Source: the human T2T-CHM13v2.0 reference genome, Homo sapiens. From it: a stretch of DNA of 64,000 nt. Both the position numbers and the translations under genes were made by a program. Where the stretch lies: the NCBI RefSeq assembly GCF_009914755.1, contig NC_060925.1, one strand, 5' to 3'. Below the pieces are notes generated by a model. It worked only from the letters and a program-made list of their open reading frames with translations. It searched no databases and had not been told where the DNA came from. Of the stretch, positions 1-15,499 are shown piece after piece; the stretch's first letter is position 1, and each line of letters opens with the position of its first letter.

Positions 1-369
1 CATGGAATACTATGCAGCCATAAAAAATGATGAGTTCATGTCCTTTTTAGGGACATGGATGAAACTGGAAATCATCATTTTCAGTAAACTATCACAAGGA
101 CAAAAAACCAAACCCTGCATGTTCTCACTCATAGATGGGAATTGAACAATGAGAACACATGGACACAGGAAGGGGAACATCACACTCTGGGGACTGTTGT
201 GGGGTGGGGCGAGGGGGGGAGTGGGGAGGGATAGCATTAGGAGATATACCTAATGCTAAATGACGAGTTAATGGGTGCAGCGCACCAGCATGGCACATGT
301 ATACATATGCAACTAACCTGCACATTGTGCACATGTACCTTAAAACTTAAAGTATAATAATAAAAAAAA
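1..369 (+). mobile_element. LINE-1 3' end (L1PA2/L1PA3-like), body continues upstream of window
   Basis: Canonical L1PA 3' UTR (GGAATACTATGCAGCCATAAAAAATGATGAG ... CTAAATGACGAGTTAATGGG ... AAAACTTAAAGTATAAT) plus A tail; lacks the L1HS ACA/ACG diagnostic. Confidence 0.93.
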
Positions 370-944
370 CTATTCTATTTTTGTTTTTATAGATACGAGA
401 TCTGAGAAAATGTATTCTCATAAATAAGTAGGTGGGAATGGAAAGAGTTGTGTTTTAGCAGTGTCATTCAAATATTTGAACTCCTTCCAAGTTATATGCC
501 AAAAATCACATAGTTATCTATCATCAAAAATTATTTTTAATGATGTACCAGCTGTCATCTCAATTAGGTCTTCTTTCAATTTTGTTAAAGGCAAAGAATT
601 GAAACTAATTCTAGGTTTTATTATTCAGTTATTAGGGTCATTTACTTTCTGAACACTAATAGCAATATTTTGAATCGTCCTAGAACTCTGGAGATTTTTG
701 CACTCAGGGTCAATGTGCCATGGTAAAATGGATGACAAGCATCCCTCTTTTTGAAAGTGTAACAAGGATAACAAGGATAAGAAAAACCAGAATAAGTATT
801 CTGACAGTCAAATTTTAGGAAAGAGTACATGTTAAGTTCAGGATGTAGCAATTATTTCCTTGAAATTATTCATGCCACCAAAGTATACATATCCCAGTTT
901 GAACTCGGCTGGTCTGATCATGTGAGGAAGCCTTTGGGATTACG

Positions 945-1073
945 CCACGACAGTCATCTGAATACAACTGCATGAAAGACCTCGAACCAGAACCTCAAAA
1001 TTAAGAGAGATAATAATAAAATGATTTAAGCCACTGTGTTTTGGAATGATTCATTATGTAGCAATAATAATCA
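945..1073 (+). mobile_element. ancient MaLR LTR fragment (MLT1-type 3' end)
   Basis: CTGCATGAAAGACCTCGAACCAGAACC ... AATAAAATGATTTAAGCCACTGTGTTTTGG ... TATGTAGCAATA resembles the MLT1 LTR terminus. Confidence 0.55.
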
Positions 1074-3622
1074 AAAAGGGACCTAAGAGAATACCTTAGT
1101 AATCAAAATAATTTGATGTTCATACAATCCAGAATTTATAGAAGTTTTAACTGATTTGATCTAAAATTAATCTTTTCATATTATGAAAATTGCAGTGTGC
1201 ATTAGTACATAAAGACTGCAAGAAATATATTAAACAGCTAATGTTTAATTTCATTAAAGAAAATATGACTAGACTTATGCTACAATTTGTTATTGGTTAG
1301 GGTTCTATAAGTATATGAAATTTTCCAAAGTTCTTATCTTTTATTTACTTTTAAAAATGTTAATTTTTATTCTCAAAGTAATATTTGTGCTTAATTTTAA
1401 AAGTACTACAACAGTACATAAAGAAATAAATAGAAGCAAACCCCTCTCCTCTTCCCTTTCTCTGGAAACATTTATTTTCAATCTGTTTTAGCTGTTTGTT
1501 CTGATATTTACCTTTCAATTTCTCTTACCATACTTTATTACTAGTTCTATGGCTTTTTGCTTTTTTCAATTTTAGGCTTTATTAGCTCCCTTCTAAAGAA
1601 GATTATCTCTTTCACACTCCTTCTTCAACCCATTTTAATGCATACGCTTATTTTTTCTCCTCCTGTTCTCCTAATATAGTTATATCATGCTTTTATAAGG
1701 TATTAGTACTCACAGTTTAAATTTGCATTGTACTGTGATTATATATCTCCTCTCCCTTTTTACTACAGTTTTTATTATATCAATTGGTTTTTTTAATCCA
1801 GGTCCCTAAGACTATTTTAGCCCTGAACTTTCTCACGGAACTGTAAAACAGGTTTCACTACAGTCCATGTTATTGAACACATAATTCTAGGTTTTTATTC
1901 TTTCTTTCTGTTTTTTTTTTTTCCATTTTTAATTTTCTTTAGGTCTGTCCTTCTGGAGTCCATTGTCCTCCTGTGAAAATCTGGACTCATGGATCTCTAG
2001 ACTAAGTATACTAACTGACACTATAGGTTGTCATTACCAGGAATTATTCTTTGTTTTTCATTTATCTTTTTTCTCTCTGTATTGAATTCCCTGATTTTTT
2101 TGGATTTTATGTCATCCTCTTTCTTGGTCTCTTTCTTTGTTTTGATGAAGCACATCATCTAGTATTTCTGACAAAGGCTGCATACAAGATAAAATTTTTT
2201 GGAGATGCTGAAAAGGTTTTTTATTCTACCTTTACATTTGATTAAATTATAGCTGATGATAAAGTTTTAGATTAGAAATAACTTTCTCTTAGAATTAGGA
2301 AGCATTACTTTGTTGATTTCTGTTGATTTGTTCCTGCAATTGTTAAGTCTAATACTACTCAGATACCAGGTTTTTTTTTTTTTTTTTTGTATAAGACTGG
2401 CTTTTTTATCTCTGAAGTTGTTTAGAATATTTTATTATCCTTGATATTTTGAAATTTCACTATGAATTTTTATATAGGTCTTTTTAAAATTCACTATGCT
2501 AGACTCCAATTGCAAACTTTCAATATGGAAAATTGAATTCTTTATTTTTGTAAACTTTCTTTTGTTGTTAAGTTCTTCAACTCATTTTTTTGTCTTTTTT
2601 TTCCTGCTCTCTCTGAAACTTCTATTTGGATTTTGGACTTCCAGGAATGATTACCTAATTTGAATAAATGTTATTCTTCTGTTTTCCATCCTTTTGTCTT
2701 TTATATTTTTGAGAAACATTCTCAGCTTTATTTCCAATTCTTCTACTGAATTTCTGCAATTATATTTTTAATTTCCCATAGCTCTTTTCGTAAATGTTTC
2801 TTTCTTTCATTTTTTTAAGCATTATTTTTTAAAGTATTCCGGTCTTATTTCATGGGTATAATATCTTCTCCCTGGGAATATTCATACTATATTTAGACTT
2901 TTGTTTCAATATTGCCTTTGTTTTACTCAGTTTTTCTTCTCTGTTCTTTTATTTTGGTTTCTGTTTTTAATGTTAGAGAGTTCCTTCCCGTATCTAGTCA
3001 TTCTTGACCATTTTCTCCTATTTAAATTGAGTCAGAAAAATTTGAATTGGAAGTTCTAAGCACATGGATAGAACTTCTTACATGTAAGAAGTTGTAAGGC
3101 AATTTCCTTGGGGGATGCCAAAATATTAGTCTCTGTAGATCTTTTCTTTTATTCCGGCAAATTTCCCTAGAGGGTAGTCCTCCAATTTTCTTCTTGGAGG
3201 GAAAAACCCAGCTGACCTACTGTGCAGAAAATGGTTGGCCAGTGGGGGTGGTGATGTCAATGTTCAGTATAAAAACTTTCATTTTATAACCACATTTAGA
3301 CTAAGGCCTCATTCGTAATGTCAGTTATGCTATTTTCCTTGAGTCTAGACACTTTGGTCCATCTTTTCTAAAGAATGAAAAGATAAGTGGGGTGGGACAG
3401 TAGCATAATTGCAAGGGCTGGGGTGGGGGCTCTAAGGAGAAAACTATGCCTGACATAAATTTTCAATCTGTCTTCCTGTTTCAGCCCTACTCTATCCCAT
3501 ACTCCTGCCTTCAGAACTACCTGGTTCCTATACAGAGCTTTTTTTGAGGGTTTGCTACTTGAATCTTCAGCTTCAGTTTTCTGAGTTCTGCTAATCAATT
3601 TCAATTAATCCCTGTTTTGGCA

Positions 3623-3992
3623 GGCCACAGGACAGTGGCTCATGCTTGTCAGTGTCTCATGCTTGTCAGTGGCTCATGCTTGTCAGTGGCTCATGCCTGT
3701 AATCCCAACACTTTGGGAGGCTGAAGTGGGAGGATCACTTGAGGCCAGGAATTTGAAACCAGCCTGAGAGACAGAGTGAGACCCCATCTCTACAAAAATT
3801 ACAAAAATCAGCTGCTCTTGGTGGTGTGTTCCTGTAGTCCCAGCTAGTCAGGAGGCTGAGGTGGGAAGATTGCTTGAACTCAGGAGTTTGAAGTTACAGT
3901 GAGCTATGGTCACGTCACTGCATTCTATCCTAGGCCCAGAATAAGACCTTGTCTAAAAAAGAAAAAAAAAAAAAAGAAACAACAACAAAAAA
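3623..3992 (+). mobile_element. Alu (AluJ-like) with multimerised 5' end
   Basis: Dimeric Alu, GGAGGATCACTTGAGGCCAGG J-type motif, A-rich tail; 4 x 17 bp repeat at 3633-3700. Confidence 0.92.
3633..3700 (+). repeat. 4 x 17 bp tandem repeat CAGTGGCTCATGCTTGT
   Basis: Units at 3633, 3650, 3667 and 3684, each at most 1 mismatch from consensus. Confidence 0.95.
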
Positions 3993-4399
3993 CGAATCCA
4001 TGCCCTTTTCATCTTACAAAATTGTGTTGATTTCTCTTGTCTACCATCCCTGATGTCTCCTTCTCTCTTCCATTTTCTTTGTCTTTGTGGTTTTACACAT
4101 TCTTACTTCCTTTACTGTAATTTTAGTGCCATTTCAAGATTAAATGTATGTGTTTAATCCATTATGTTTAACCTGCATTCTGTAACTTTTTAATGTTTTG
4201 CACTTAAGGGATTTACTAATTCTGCCTCTGTAGGTTATTTTTACATTAGAAGATTTCACAGCTTTCAGCAAGTATGTACATGCCTATATGAAAAATTAAC
4301 AAAATTATCTATCTTTATTATTTTCTCTTGATTTTTTATAATTAAGAAAGATAGGGTGGCATATTAGTAAGTGTTCATTCAGGAAAACTGCTAAAGCAT

Positions 4400-4819
4400 T
4401 TAAGGAATTGGTTAGGAAATTGTTGGAAGACTGAGGAAGTGAAGAGGGGAAGGTGAGGTTACTCCTACCTACCACCTGTCTGGCAATAGAAGCAGCAAAG
4501 GAAATGGAGTTACCCAGAGACCAGGATTGTTGTGATGAAGAGGCTGTTGAGGTTCTACTTCTGCTGCTGCTGCAACTATCACCATTTTTTGCAGGCAGCT
4601 GAAAGCCCATGCCCCTGCTGGGCTGCACAACCGAGGTCTACAGTCTCTTTTTATAGAGGCTGCAGTTGCTGCTGCTAGAGCCAGAGCTCATAAGCACCAT
4701 GCAGGAGCACCAGGTCTGCCACTGCTGTGGAATTGCACTTCTTGAGCAGGACCTAGAGCATGCACTTGCCCTGCCCCTTCTCTAACGCTTTCATGCATCT
4801 CCAGAAACAAAACACACAC

Positions 4820-4852
<33 letters not shown>

Positions 4853-5050
4853 AACAAACAGATTTCTCCCTTCCTTTGCCTTTCAGTCCCCCAACAGTGC
4901 CTCCCATTGGCAGAACCTTACTGGAAAGCAGCTGGTGAGAAAGTCTGTGAGATATAGTTTGCAGGCTCCCAGCCATCTTGTGATACAGAGGAGATTCCAG
5001 AAGGCTGGGAAGGTTGTTGTGAGCCAAATGACATATAGCCAGCCCAGAGA
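4400..5050 (-). mobile_element. ancient ERVL/MaLR-type LTR relic
   Basis: CTCCCATTGGCAGAACCTTACTGGAAAGCAGCTGG ... TAGTTTGCAGGCTCCCAGCC resembles old MLT1-class LTRs; subfamily and ends uncertain. Confidence 0.4.
4812..4852. repeat. interrupted (CA)n microsatellite
   Basis: direct reading. Confidence 0.95.
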
Positions 5051-6935
5051 GTTTGAAGGGAAATTCAGCAACTGACTTGTGAATATTATCATTTTTCCTA
5101 GTAGGCATATCTATCTGGCACATCCTTTGAGTATGATACACATCTATAAATATATTGCATATACATATATTTAACAGTTAGGGAGACTTTGAGAATAAAA
5201 TTAGAACTGCTCGTGGCAAAGAGGTTTGATAATTTCTCCAACTGTGAAGAAAACTTTAATAATTATGATATTTCATTGATTATTTTGACATTTCCAGAGT
5301 TTATATTATACATTGCTGTTTTTGCTGACATTTTACCAAATTTGGAGCAAGAATATAAATTTAATAGGTTAAGTAGGACTTTCTCATTGTTTCAGATTTT
5401 TAGTTAAGGCCAAAAACTGAGCAGAAGAGGGGCTAAATTCCTCAGATTCTAAAGATTGCTGCTAAGGAAGCCAAAATTAGGTTCAGAAACTTACCCCAGG
5501 GCCAACCAAGAGAGAGCAGGTCTGGGCCCACTGCCATCAATCTGCTGGGCCATTGTTTTTCTTTTTAAAACTTGTTTATTAAAGTGAATGTGATCTTTCA
5601 GGTGAATCTGGCTATTTTTGTTGCTAAAATTGAAGATGAAGAAAATCCTGTTTGGCCAATATGTAATCATAGAAAATAAAAGGGAATATCTTTCAGGTTC
5701 TTGGGCTCCTTCTGTCAGAGAAATTAGGAGTCAACTCTGATCCTCAACTAGTTGCTCATGTTTTGAAAAGGCAAAGGGAGGACACATTCATGACAGACTA
5801 GATTGTTCCTATTTACTTGTTCTTATGCCTTCTATACAGAGTTATTCAAAATAAAGAAACAGTAGCTGTTGAGTTGATATCAATATGATACTTGGATGGC
5901 ATTTGGCCAGAGGACTCATGAATATCCAAATACTGCCCTGCCTTGGCTATCCTTCTCTGAGAAATACCCAAAATAAGGATCCATGCAGGGTACACTGACC
6001 AACAGAGGACAGTGACATCATGTTAAACAGCTGCTTGGACTTGACTCTCAAACTCCAAAGCAGAATAAAAGGGAACTAATCAAGACTTCATGAAACATTC
6101 TAAACTATATTGAAGTATATATTGAAGTATATACTGAACTATACAGTATATACAGGCTTGAATATCCTGGAAGCAAAGAAGACCAAAAGGCCCTTCAGAC
6201 CATTTTTACCTCAATATTCAATCCACATTTAGGTCTTAGCATTCCCATGTGGTGACTACTCCACTCACAGGTCCCAGTGTGTGAGACATAAGGACAGATG
6301 GAGAGGGAGAGAGCCCTCCATGGACTCTCTTGGGCTGCGTTGGTAAGCCAACTGATTCAGCTTCCTTGTGGACGAGTAAGAGACCAGCTGAAGAGAAAAA
6401 AGAAAGAGAAGGGAGAGAAGAGAAAGAAAAAGGGAGAGGAGAGAAAGAAACAGGAGCAGGCTTTCTCCCAAGGAGAACAGATCCCAAGCTTAGCCTTTCT
6501 TCACTACACTCCTGGAAGTCAGAGTCCAGAAAAGCAAAGATAAAGGAGAGATTTAGGCTTTTTCTTCTCTTATTGCTATTAAAATAGAAGGGGAGACATC
6601 ACACAAATATGTGGCCTTGACCTCTTTGAACACTCCGCTGTGATACAGTTAAGATGCTAGAGTATAACATCCAGGTCAGCAGTGGGATGAGGGAAGCTTG
6701 GAGTAGACAGCAGAAGTGAATGAAATCTGGAACTCCTCTCTGGGAGGCCAGAAAAAACCACTGTGCTGATGTCAGCCTTTGAAAAAGTCTGATGTTTTAT
6801 GACTTCATGTTTTAGTGAACAACAAACCTTAATTGTAACTTCTGTGTAAAATGTTTACTGATGGTCCTGGAATTGATTGATCTTTTCATTTGCTGAGGTA
6901 CTGTGGCACTTTTTTTTTGTCAGTCTTGTAGCATC

Positions 6936-7238
6936 TTTTTTCTTTTTTTTTTTTTGAGACAGTCTTGCTTTGTCGCCCAGGCTGGAGTGCAGTGGCATGA
7001 GCTTGGCTCCTCTGCCTCCCAGGTTCAACCGATTCTCCTGCCTCAGCCTCCCAAGTAGCTGGGATACAGGTGCATGCCACTACACCTGTTAAATTTTTTT
7101 TTCTTTTTTTGTATTTTTGGTAGAGATGGGCTTTCACCATGCTGGCCAGGCTGAGCTTGAACTCCTGACTTCAAGTGATCTCCCTGCCTCAGCCTCCCAA
7201 AGACCTGGAATTACAGGCAGGAACCACCATGCCTGGCC
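6936..7238 (-). mobile_element. Alu (AluS, Sx/Sz-like)
   Basis: Antisense Alu with T tail; TSD AGTCTTGTAG(CA/TG)TC at 6922-6935 and 7239-7252. Confidence 0.95.
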
Positions 7239-7509
7239 AGTCTTGTAGTGTCTTTTCATGTTTCGCTCTATGTTTGTAACTGCACAGTGCACTTTTCTGA
7301 GGCAGATAACTTGTCATTTACCTCTTTGTATTTCTAGGATCCAACATAGTATTTGGCATTAAGTAGGCACTTAATAAAGTTTGAGGATAAAATTGCGTAG
7401 TTTACAGATGATACTATTGAGGTAGGACTTTTTTTCTTAATGAAAACTGTCTCCAAAACTTTGTTTTGAAAATGTTTCTCAATAGTTACCTCTCCTAAAA
7501 ATTGACTTA

Positions 7510-7800
7510 GTATTTTCATTCAGTGTTATTATTGAGACGAAGGACTTACTGCTGCCATTTTGTTGCTTATTTTCTGGTTGTTTTGTAACTCCTCTCTTCC
7601 TTTCTCACTGTCTTCCTTTGTGGTTTAGTGATTTTCTCTCATAGTATGTTTTAATTAGTTGCTTTTATTTTTAATGAATCTATTACAGGCTTTTGCATTG
7701 TGGTTATCATGAGGCTTACTAAAAATCTTATAGATATAACAAGTTATTTTAAAGACACAGCAACTTATCTTACACCACAAGGAAAAGAATAGAAACAAGC
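7510..7800 (-). mobile_element. old L1M (L1MA-type) inter-ORF region, left part; host of the inverted L1PA
   Basis: L1M-like sequence that resumes in register at 13029 after the TSD. Confidence 0.75.
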
Positions 7801-9170
7801 CTCGATTTCAGAGCCTATTATTGGTCTATTCAGGGACTCATCTTCTTCCTGGTTTAGTTTTGGCAGGGTGTATGTGTCCAGGAATTTATCCATTTCTTCT
7901 AGATTTTCTAGTTTATTTGCATAGAGGTGTTTATAGTATTCTCTGATGGTAGTTTGTATTTCTGTGGGATCAGTGGTGATATCCCCTTTATCATTTTTTA
8001 TTGCATCTATTTGATTCTTCTCTCTTTTTTTCATTAGTCCTGCTAGCAGTCTATCAATTTTGTTGATCTTTTCAAAAAAAAACCAGCACCTGGATTCATT
8101 GATTTTTTGAAGGGTTTTTTGTGTCTCTATCTCCTTCAGTTCTGCTCTGATCTTAGTTATTTCTTGCCTTCTGCTAGCTTTTGAATGTGTTTGCTCTTGC
8201 TTCTCTAGTTCTATTAATTGTGATGTTAGGGTGTCAATTTTAGATCTTTCCTGCTTTCTCTTGTGGGTATTTAGTGCTATAAATTTCCCTCTACACACTG
8301 CTTTAAATGTGTTGCAGAGATTCTGGTATGTTGTGTGTTTGTTCTCATTAGTTTCAAAGAACATCTTTATTTCTGCCTTCATTTCGTTATGTACCCAGTA
8401 GTCATTCAGGAGCAGGTTGTTCAGTTTCCATGTAGTTGAGCGGTTTTGAGTGAGTTTCTTAATCCTGAGCTCTAGTTTGATTGCACTGTGGTCTGAGAGA
8501 TAGTTTGTTATAATTTCTGCTGTTTTACATTTGCTGAGGAATGCTTTACTTCCAACTATGTGGTCAATTTTGGAATAAGTGCGATGTGGTGCTGAGAAGA
8601 ATGTATATTCTGTTGATTTGGGGTAGAAAGTTCTGTAGATGTCTATTAGGTCTGCTTGGTGCAGAGCTGAGTTCAATTCCTGGATATCCTTGTTAACTTT
8701 CTGTCTTGTTGATCTGTCTAATGTTGACAGTGGGGTGTTAAAGTCTCCCATTATTATTGTGTGGGAATCTAAGTCTCTTTCTATGTCTCTAAGGACTTGC
8801 TTTATGAATCTGGGTGCTCCTGTATTGGGTGCATATATATTTAGGATAGTTATCTCTTCTTGTCAAATTAATCCCTTTACCATTATGTAATGGCCTTCTT
8901 TTGATCTTTATTGGTTTAAAATCTGTTTTATCAGAGACTAGGATTGCAACCCCTGCTTTTTTTTTTGTTTTCCATTTGCTTGGTAGATCTTCCTCCATCT
9001 CTTTATTTTGGGGCTGTATTTGTCTCTGCATGTGAGATGGGTCTCCTGAATACAGCACACTGATGGGTCTTGACTCTTTATCCAGTTTGCCAGTCTGTGT
9101 CTTTTGGTTGGAGCATTTAACCCATTTACATTTAAGGTTAATATTATTATGTGTTAATTTGATCCTGTCA
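7801..9170 (-). pseudogene. L1 ORF2 endonuclease/linker remnant (frameshifted)
   Basis: ORF 7765-8751: [22 protein letters not shown] motifs of the L1 APE-like endonuclease. Confidence 0.92.
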
Positions 9171-9239
9171 TTATGATGTTAGCTGGTTATTTTGCTGGTT
9201 AGTTGCTGCAGTTTATTCCTAGCATCAGTGGTCTTTACA

Positions 9240-10250
9240 ATTTGGCATGTTTTTGCAGTGGCTGGTACCGGTTGTTCCCTTCCATGTTTAGTGCTTCCTT
9301 CAGGAGCTCTTCTATGGCAGGCCAGTGGTGACAAAATCTCTCAGCATTTGCTTGTCTGTAAAGTATTTTGTTTCTCCTTCACTTATGAAGCTTAGTTTGG
9401 CTGGATATGAAATTCTGGGTTGAAAATTCTTCTCTTTAAGAATGTTGAATATTGGCCCCCACTCTCTTCTGGCTTGTAGAGTTTCTGCCGAGAGATTCAC
9501 TGTTAGTCTGATGGGCTTCCCTTTGTGGGTAACCCAACCTTTCTCTCTGGCTGCCCTTAACATTTTTTCCTTCATTTCAACTTTGGTGAATCTGACATGT
9601 GTCTTGGAGTTGCTGTTCTCGAGGAGTATCTTTGTGGTGCTCTCCGTATTTCCTGAATTGAATGTTGGCCTGCCTTGCTAGGTTGGGGAAGTTCTCCTGG
9701 ATAATATCCTGCAGAGTGTTTTCCAACTTGGTTTCATTCTCCCCATCACTTTCAGGTACACCAATCAGATGTAGCTTTGGTCTTTTCACATAGTCCCATA
9801 TTTCTTGGAGGCTTTGTTCATTTCTTTTTACTCTTTTTCCTCTAAACTTCTCTTCTCGCTTCATTTCATTCATTTGATCTTCAGTCACTAATACCCCTTC
9901 TTCCACTTGATTGAATTGGCTACTGAAGCTTGTGCATGCATCACGTAGTTCTTGTGCCATGGTTTTCAGCTCCATCAGGTCATTTAAAGTCTTCTCTACA
10001 CTGTTCCTTCTAGTTAGGCATTTGCTAATCTTTTTCCAAGGTTTCTATCTTCTTTGCAATGGGTTCGAACATCCTCCTTCAGCTTGGAGAAGTTTGTTAT
10101 TACTGATCATCTGAAGCCTTCCCTCAACTCATCAAAGTCATTCTCCGTCCAGCTTTGTTCTGTTGCAGGCAGGGAACTGGGTTCTTTTGGAGGAGAAGAG
10201 GTGCGTAATTTTTAGAATTTTCAACTCTTCTGCTCTGGTTTCTCCCCATC
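9240..10250 (-). pseudogene. L1 ORF1 remnant (frameshifted)
   Basis: ORFs 9577-9975 and 9312-9575: RNEQSLQEIWDYVKRP, ARREWGPIF, NFQPRISYPAKLSF. Confidence 0.92.
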
Positions 10251-10333
10251 TTTGTGGTTTTATCTACCTTTGGTCTTTGATGATGGTGAAGTATAGATGG
10301 AGTTTTGGTTTGGATGTCCTTTCTGTTTGTTAG

Positions 10334-12805
<2,472 letters not shown>

Positions 12806-13028
12806 ACAATGAGAACACTTGGACACAGGGTCGGGAACATCATACACCGGGGTCTGTTGTGGGATGGAGGGAGAGGGGAGGGATAGCATTAAGAGATATA
12901 CCTAATGTAAAAGATGAGCTAATGGGTGCAGCACACCAACATGGCACATGTATACATATGTAACAAACTTGCACGTTGTGCACATGTACCCTAGAACTTA
13001 AAGTATAAAAAAAAGAATAGAAACAAGC

Positions 13029-13320
13029 AAAGAAAAAAATGAAAAAAAAAAGACTTCTACACTTTAACTTTATCCCTCCCGCATTTTGCAATTTTGTTGT
13101 CTCAGTTTACATATTTTTCTATTGCATATGTCTTAACAGGTTGCTGTAGCTGTTACTGTTTTTGATTGATTTGCTTTGGGCTTCATACTAGACTTACGAG
13201 TGGCTTGCACAGCAGTTACACCAATAGAGTATTCTGGGTTTGTCAATGTGCTTACTTTTACCCATGGGTTTTATACCTTCAAATGTTTCTTCTTCTTCTT
13301 CTTCTTCTTTTTTTTCATGT

Positions 13321-13370
<50 letters not shown>

Positions 13371-15112
13371 GGGGCGGTTTCTCTTCAGATTGAAGAACTC
13401 CCTTTAGCATTTCTTGTAAGATGGATCTGGTGGTGGTGAATTATCTTTGTCTGGATAAGACCCTCTCTCTCTCTTTTATATCGAAGGACAGCTTTTCTGG
13501 ATACATTATTCTTGGATGAACTTTTTTTTTCTTAATACTTTGAACATGTCATAATATTCCCTCCTGGTCCATATGGTTTCTTTTGAGAAGTCTGTTGCCA
13601 GACAAATTGAGCTTCTTTATATGTTATTTGTTTGTTTTCTCTATTGCTTTTAAGATCCTCTTGTTGTCCTTGACCTTTAAGAGATTGATTATTATATGTT
13701 TTGTGGTGGTCTTATTTGGGTAAGATCTGTTTGGTGTTCTCTAACCTTCCTGTACCTAGATATTTAGATCTCAGGTTTTTGAAAGTTTTCTGTTATTATT
13801 TTTTTGAATGGGCTTTTTAGCCTTTTCTCTTGCTCAGCTCCCTCTTGAACACCAGTTATTCTTAAATTTGGTCTTTTGAGGTAATTTTTTATATCTTGTA
13901 GGTGCTCTTCATTCATTCCTTTTCATTCATTCCTTCTCTTCTAACTGTGTACATTCAAATAGGCTGTCTTCCAATTCACTGATTCTTGTCTCTGCTTGAT
14001 TCAGTCTGCTGTTGAGAGTATCTAATAAATTTTTCATTTTGGCAAATGTATTTTTCAGTTCTAAAATTTCTATTTAAAATATTTAAATCTCTTTGTTAAA
14101 TTTCTCTGACAAATTTCTGCATTGCTTTTCTGTGCTATCTTGGGGATAACCGAGTTTCCTTAAAACTGATATCTCGATTTCTTGGCCAGAGAGCTCACAT
14201 ATTGGCATCTCATTAGAGTCACTCACTGGTTCCTTACTTTGTCTGTTTGAAGTCATGGTTCCCTGTTTGCTGTTGTTTCTTATGGCTAAATATTTATGTC
14301 TTTGCATTGAAGCATTATTTGTTTATTTCTTCTCTGTTCATCTTGTTTTGATTTTTGTTGGATAAATTTGTTTAGAGATACTTTGTAATTTACCTGTTGA
14401 ATTTCTTTCTTTTTTCCCCACTACATCACTGTCTCCTTTTTGACATTGCTTGTTGCCTTAAGCCTCAGTTTGCCTCAGGTCTAGTAAATGATCAGAGCAC
14501 TACCCATCCTGAATAGGGAAGGTCCAAAAAAGGTTATCCTAGCTGTGTGAGAAGGCTGGCTAGGGGTTTATGCCAAGAGGACCTGTGGAATGAACCTTCT
14601 ACAATGTGGTGCTTCTGAACAGTCACTCTGATTTGACATCTCCATTGGCCAATCTGTGAAGATATAGAGCAGATTTTCCAGGGCTGGGGATGGTAGTCTT
14701 GCCCCCCTTGCTCAGTCTGTCCTCAGGGATGTTTCTCCCATCATGCATTCTTGGTGTTTCTCATGTGTTAAGGCAAGGACAGATCTTCTGCCAGGTAACC
14801 TAAGATGGTGAAGAAGCTGGTTGTCCATCTCAATCTCGCCTTTTCCATTGTAGGCACTGTGAGTCGGGGAAATTTTCCACACACTTAGTGCTGGGCAGAT
14901 TGTGGGGAGGGGATATAGATACGTAAGCTTGATTCTTTTGTCATCTGCTTGGAGTTTTTTCACTTCTCTATGGCCCCGGGAACTGTTTTCCCTCATATTT
15001 GAGTTCTTAGTTATTGCTGGTGAGACTCTTGGCACTGTATACTTGGTTTTGGTTTTCTGTGAGGGAAGGAGTGAGGCTAGCTTGCTTCTATGCTGCCCTT
15101 TTGGAACTGGAA
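13029..15112 (-). mobile_element. old L1M (L1MA-type) ORF1 and 5' UTR, right part
   Basis: ORF1 coiled-coil remnant ICELSGQEIEISVLRKL...RNLSEKFNKEI (14083-14307); L1M-like 5' terminus near 15095-15112. Confidence 0.8.
13323..13368. repeat. (GT)23 microsatellite, preceded by (CTT)n at ~13287-13310
   Basis: direct reading. Confidence 0.97.
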
Positions 15113-15499
15113 GTTTGGTTTAGCATTTTTAACGCAACTTGATGAGCTAAATTTATTTTTCACCTTTGTACTTGTTCTTTTGGAAAAACGTGTATGAAGA
15201 AAAGATATATTTGGAATAAGATATACATAAAAAACTGCAGAGACAAAGTGTGTCTCATAAAATGTCTTTTTAAAAACTAAAGTAGTGTGCAAGGTAAGAA
15301 TGATAGAAAGCTCTTGCTTTGGAGTGCCTCAGCCCAGGTGGTTAGGATAGAAAACTAGGGTCAATTCTATAAGAACAGGTTGATTTGCTTTTCCATTTTT
15401 ATTAGGTCATTTTGTAAGCTCTTTCACAGAATAAAATGACAATTTTAATGTGAAAATATAAGCAGGAAAGCATAATTCAAAGTGATTATACTTTTTTGC

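Larger units (their letters stand above)
1350..4190 (-). mobile_element. HAL1-like (half-L1, ORF1-only) ancient LINE relic, interrupted by an Alu
   Basis: T-rich strand; 2090-2360 resembles the HAL1 ORF1 C-terminal region and is followed directly by an L1ME-like 3' end with no ORF2; boundaries approximate. Confidence 0.6.

Noticed and set aside
3633-3700. CRISPR-like or other spacer array
   Set aside because: Units are directly adjacent with no spacers and derive from Alu; no repeat-spacer array or cas-like ORF anywhere in this primate sequence.
5601-5665. Possible exon after CTTTCAG reading VNLAIFVAKIEDEENPVLAN
   Set aside because: Weak polypyrimidine tract and donor, no recognisable protein, no partner exons.
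6100-6152. Short tandem TATATTGAAGTA duplication (similar micro-duplications at ~760-782, ~17195-17227, ~40110-40131)
   Set aside because: Common replication-slippage products with no further structure.
6236-6587. Overlapping ORFs on both strands
   Set aside because: By-product of an AG-rich low-complexity tract that lacks stop codons.
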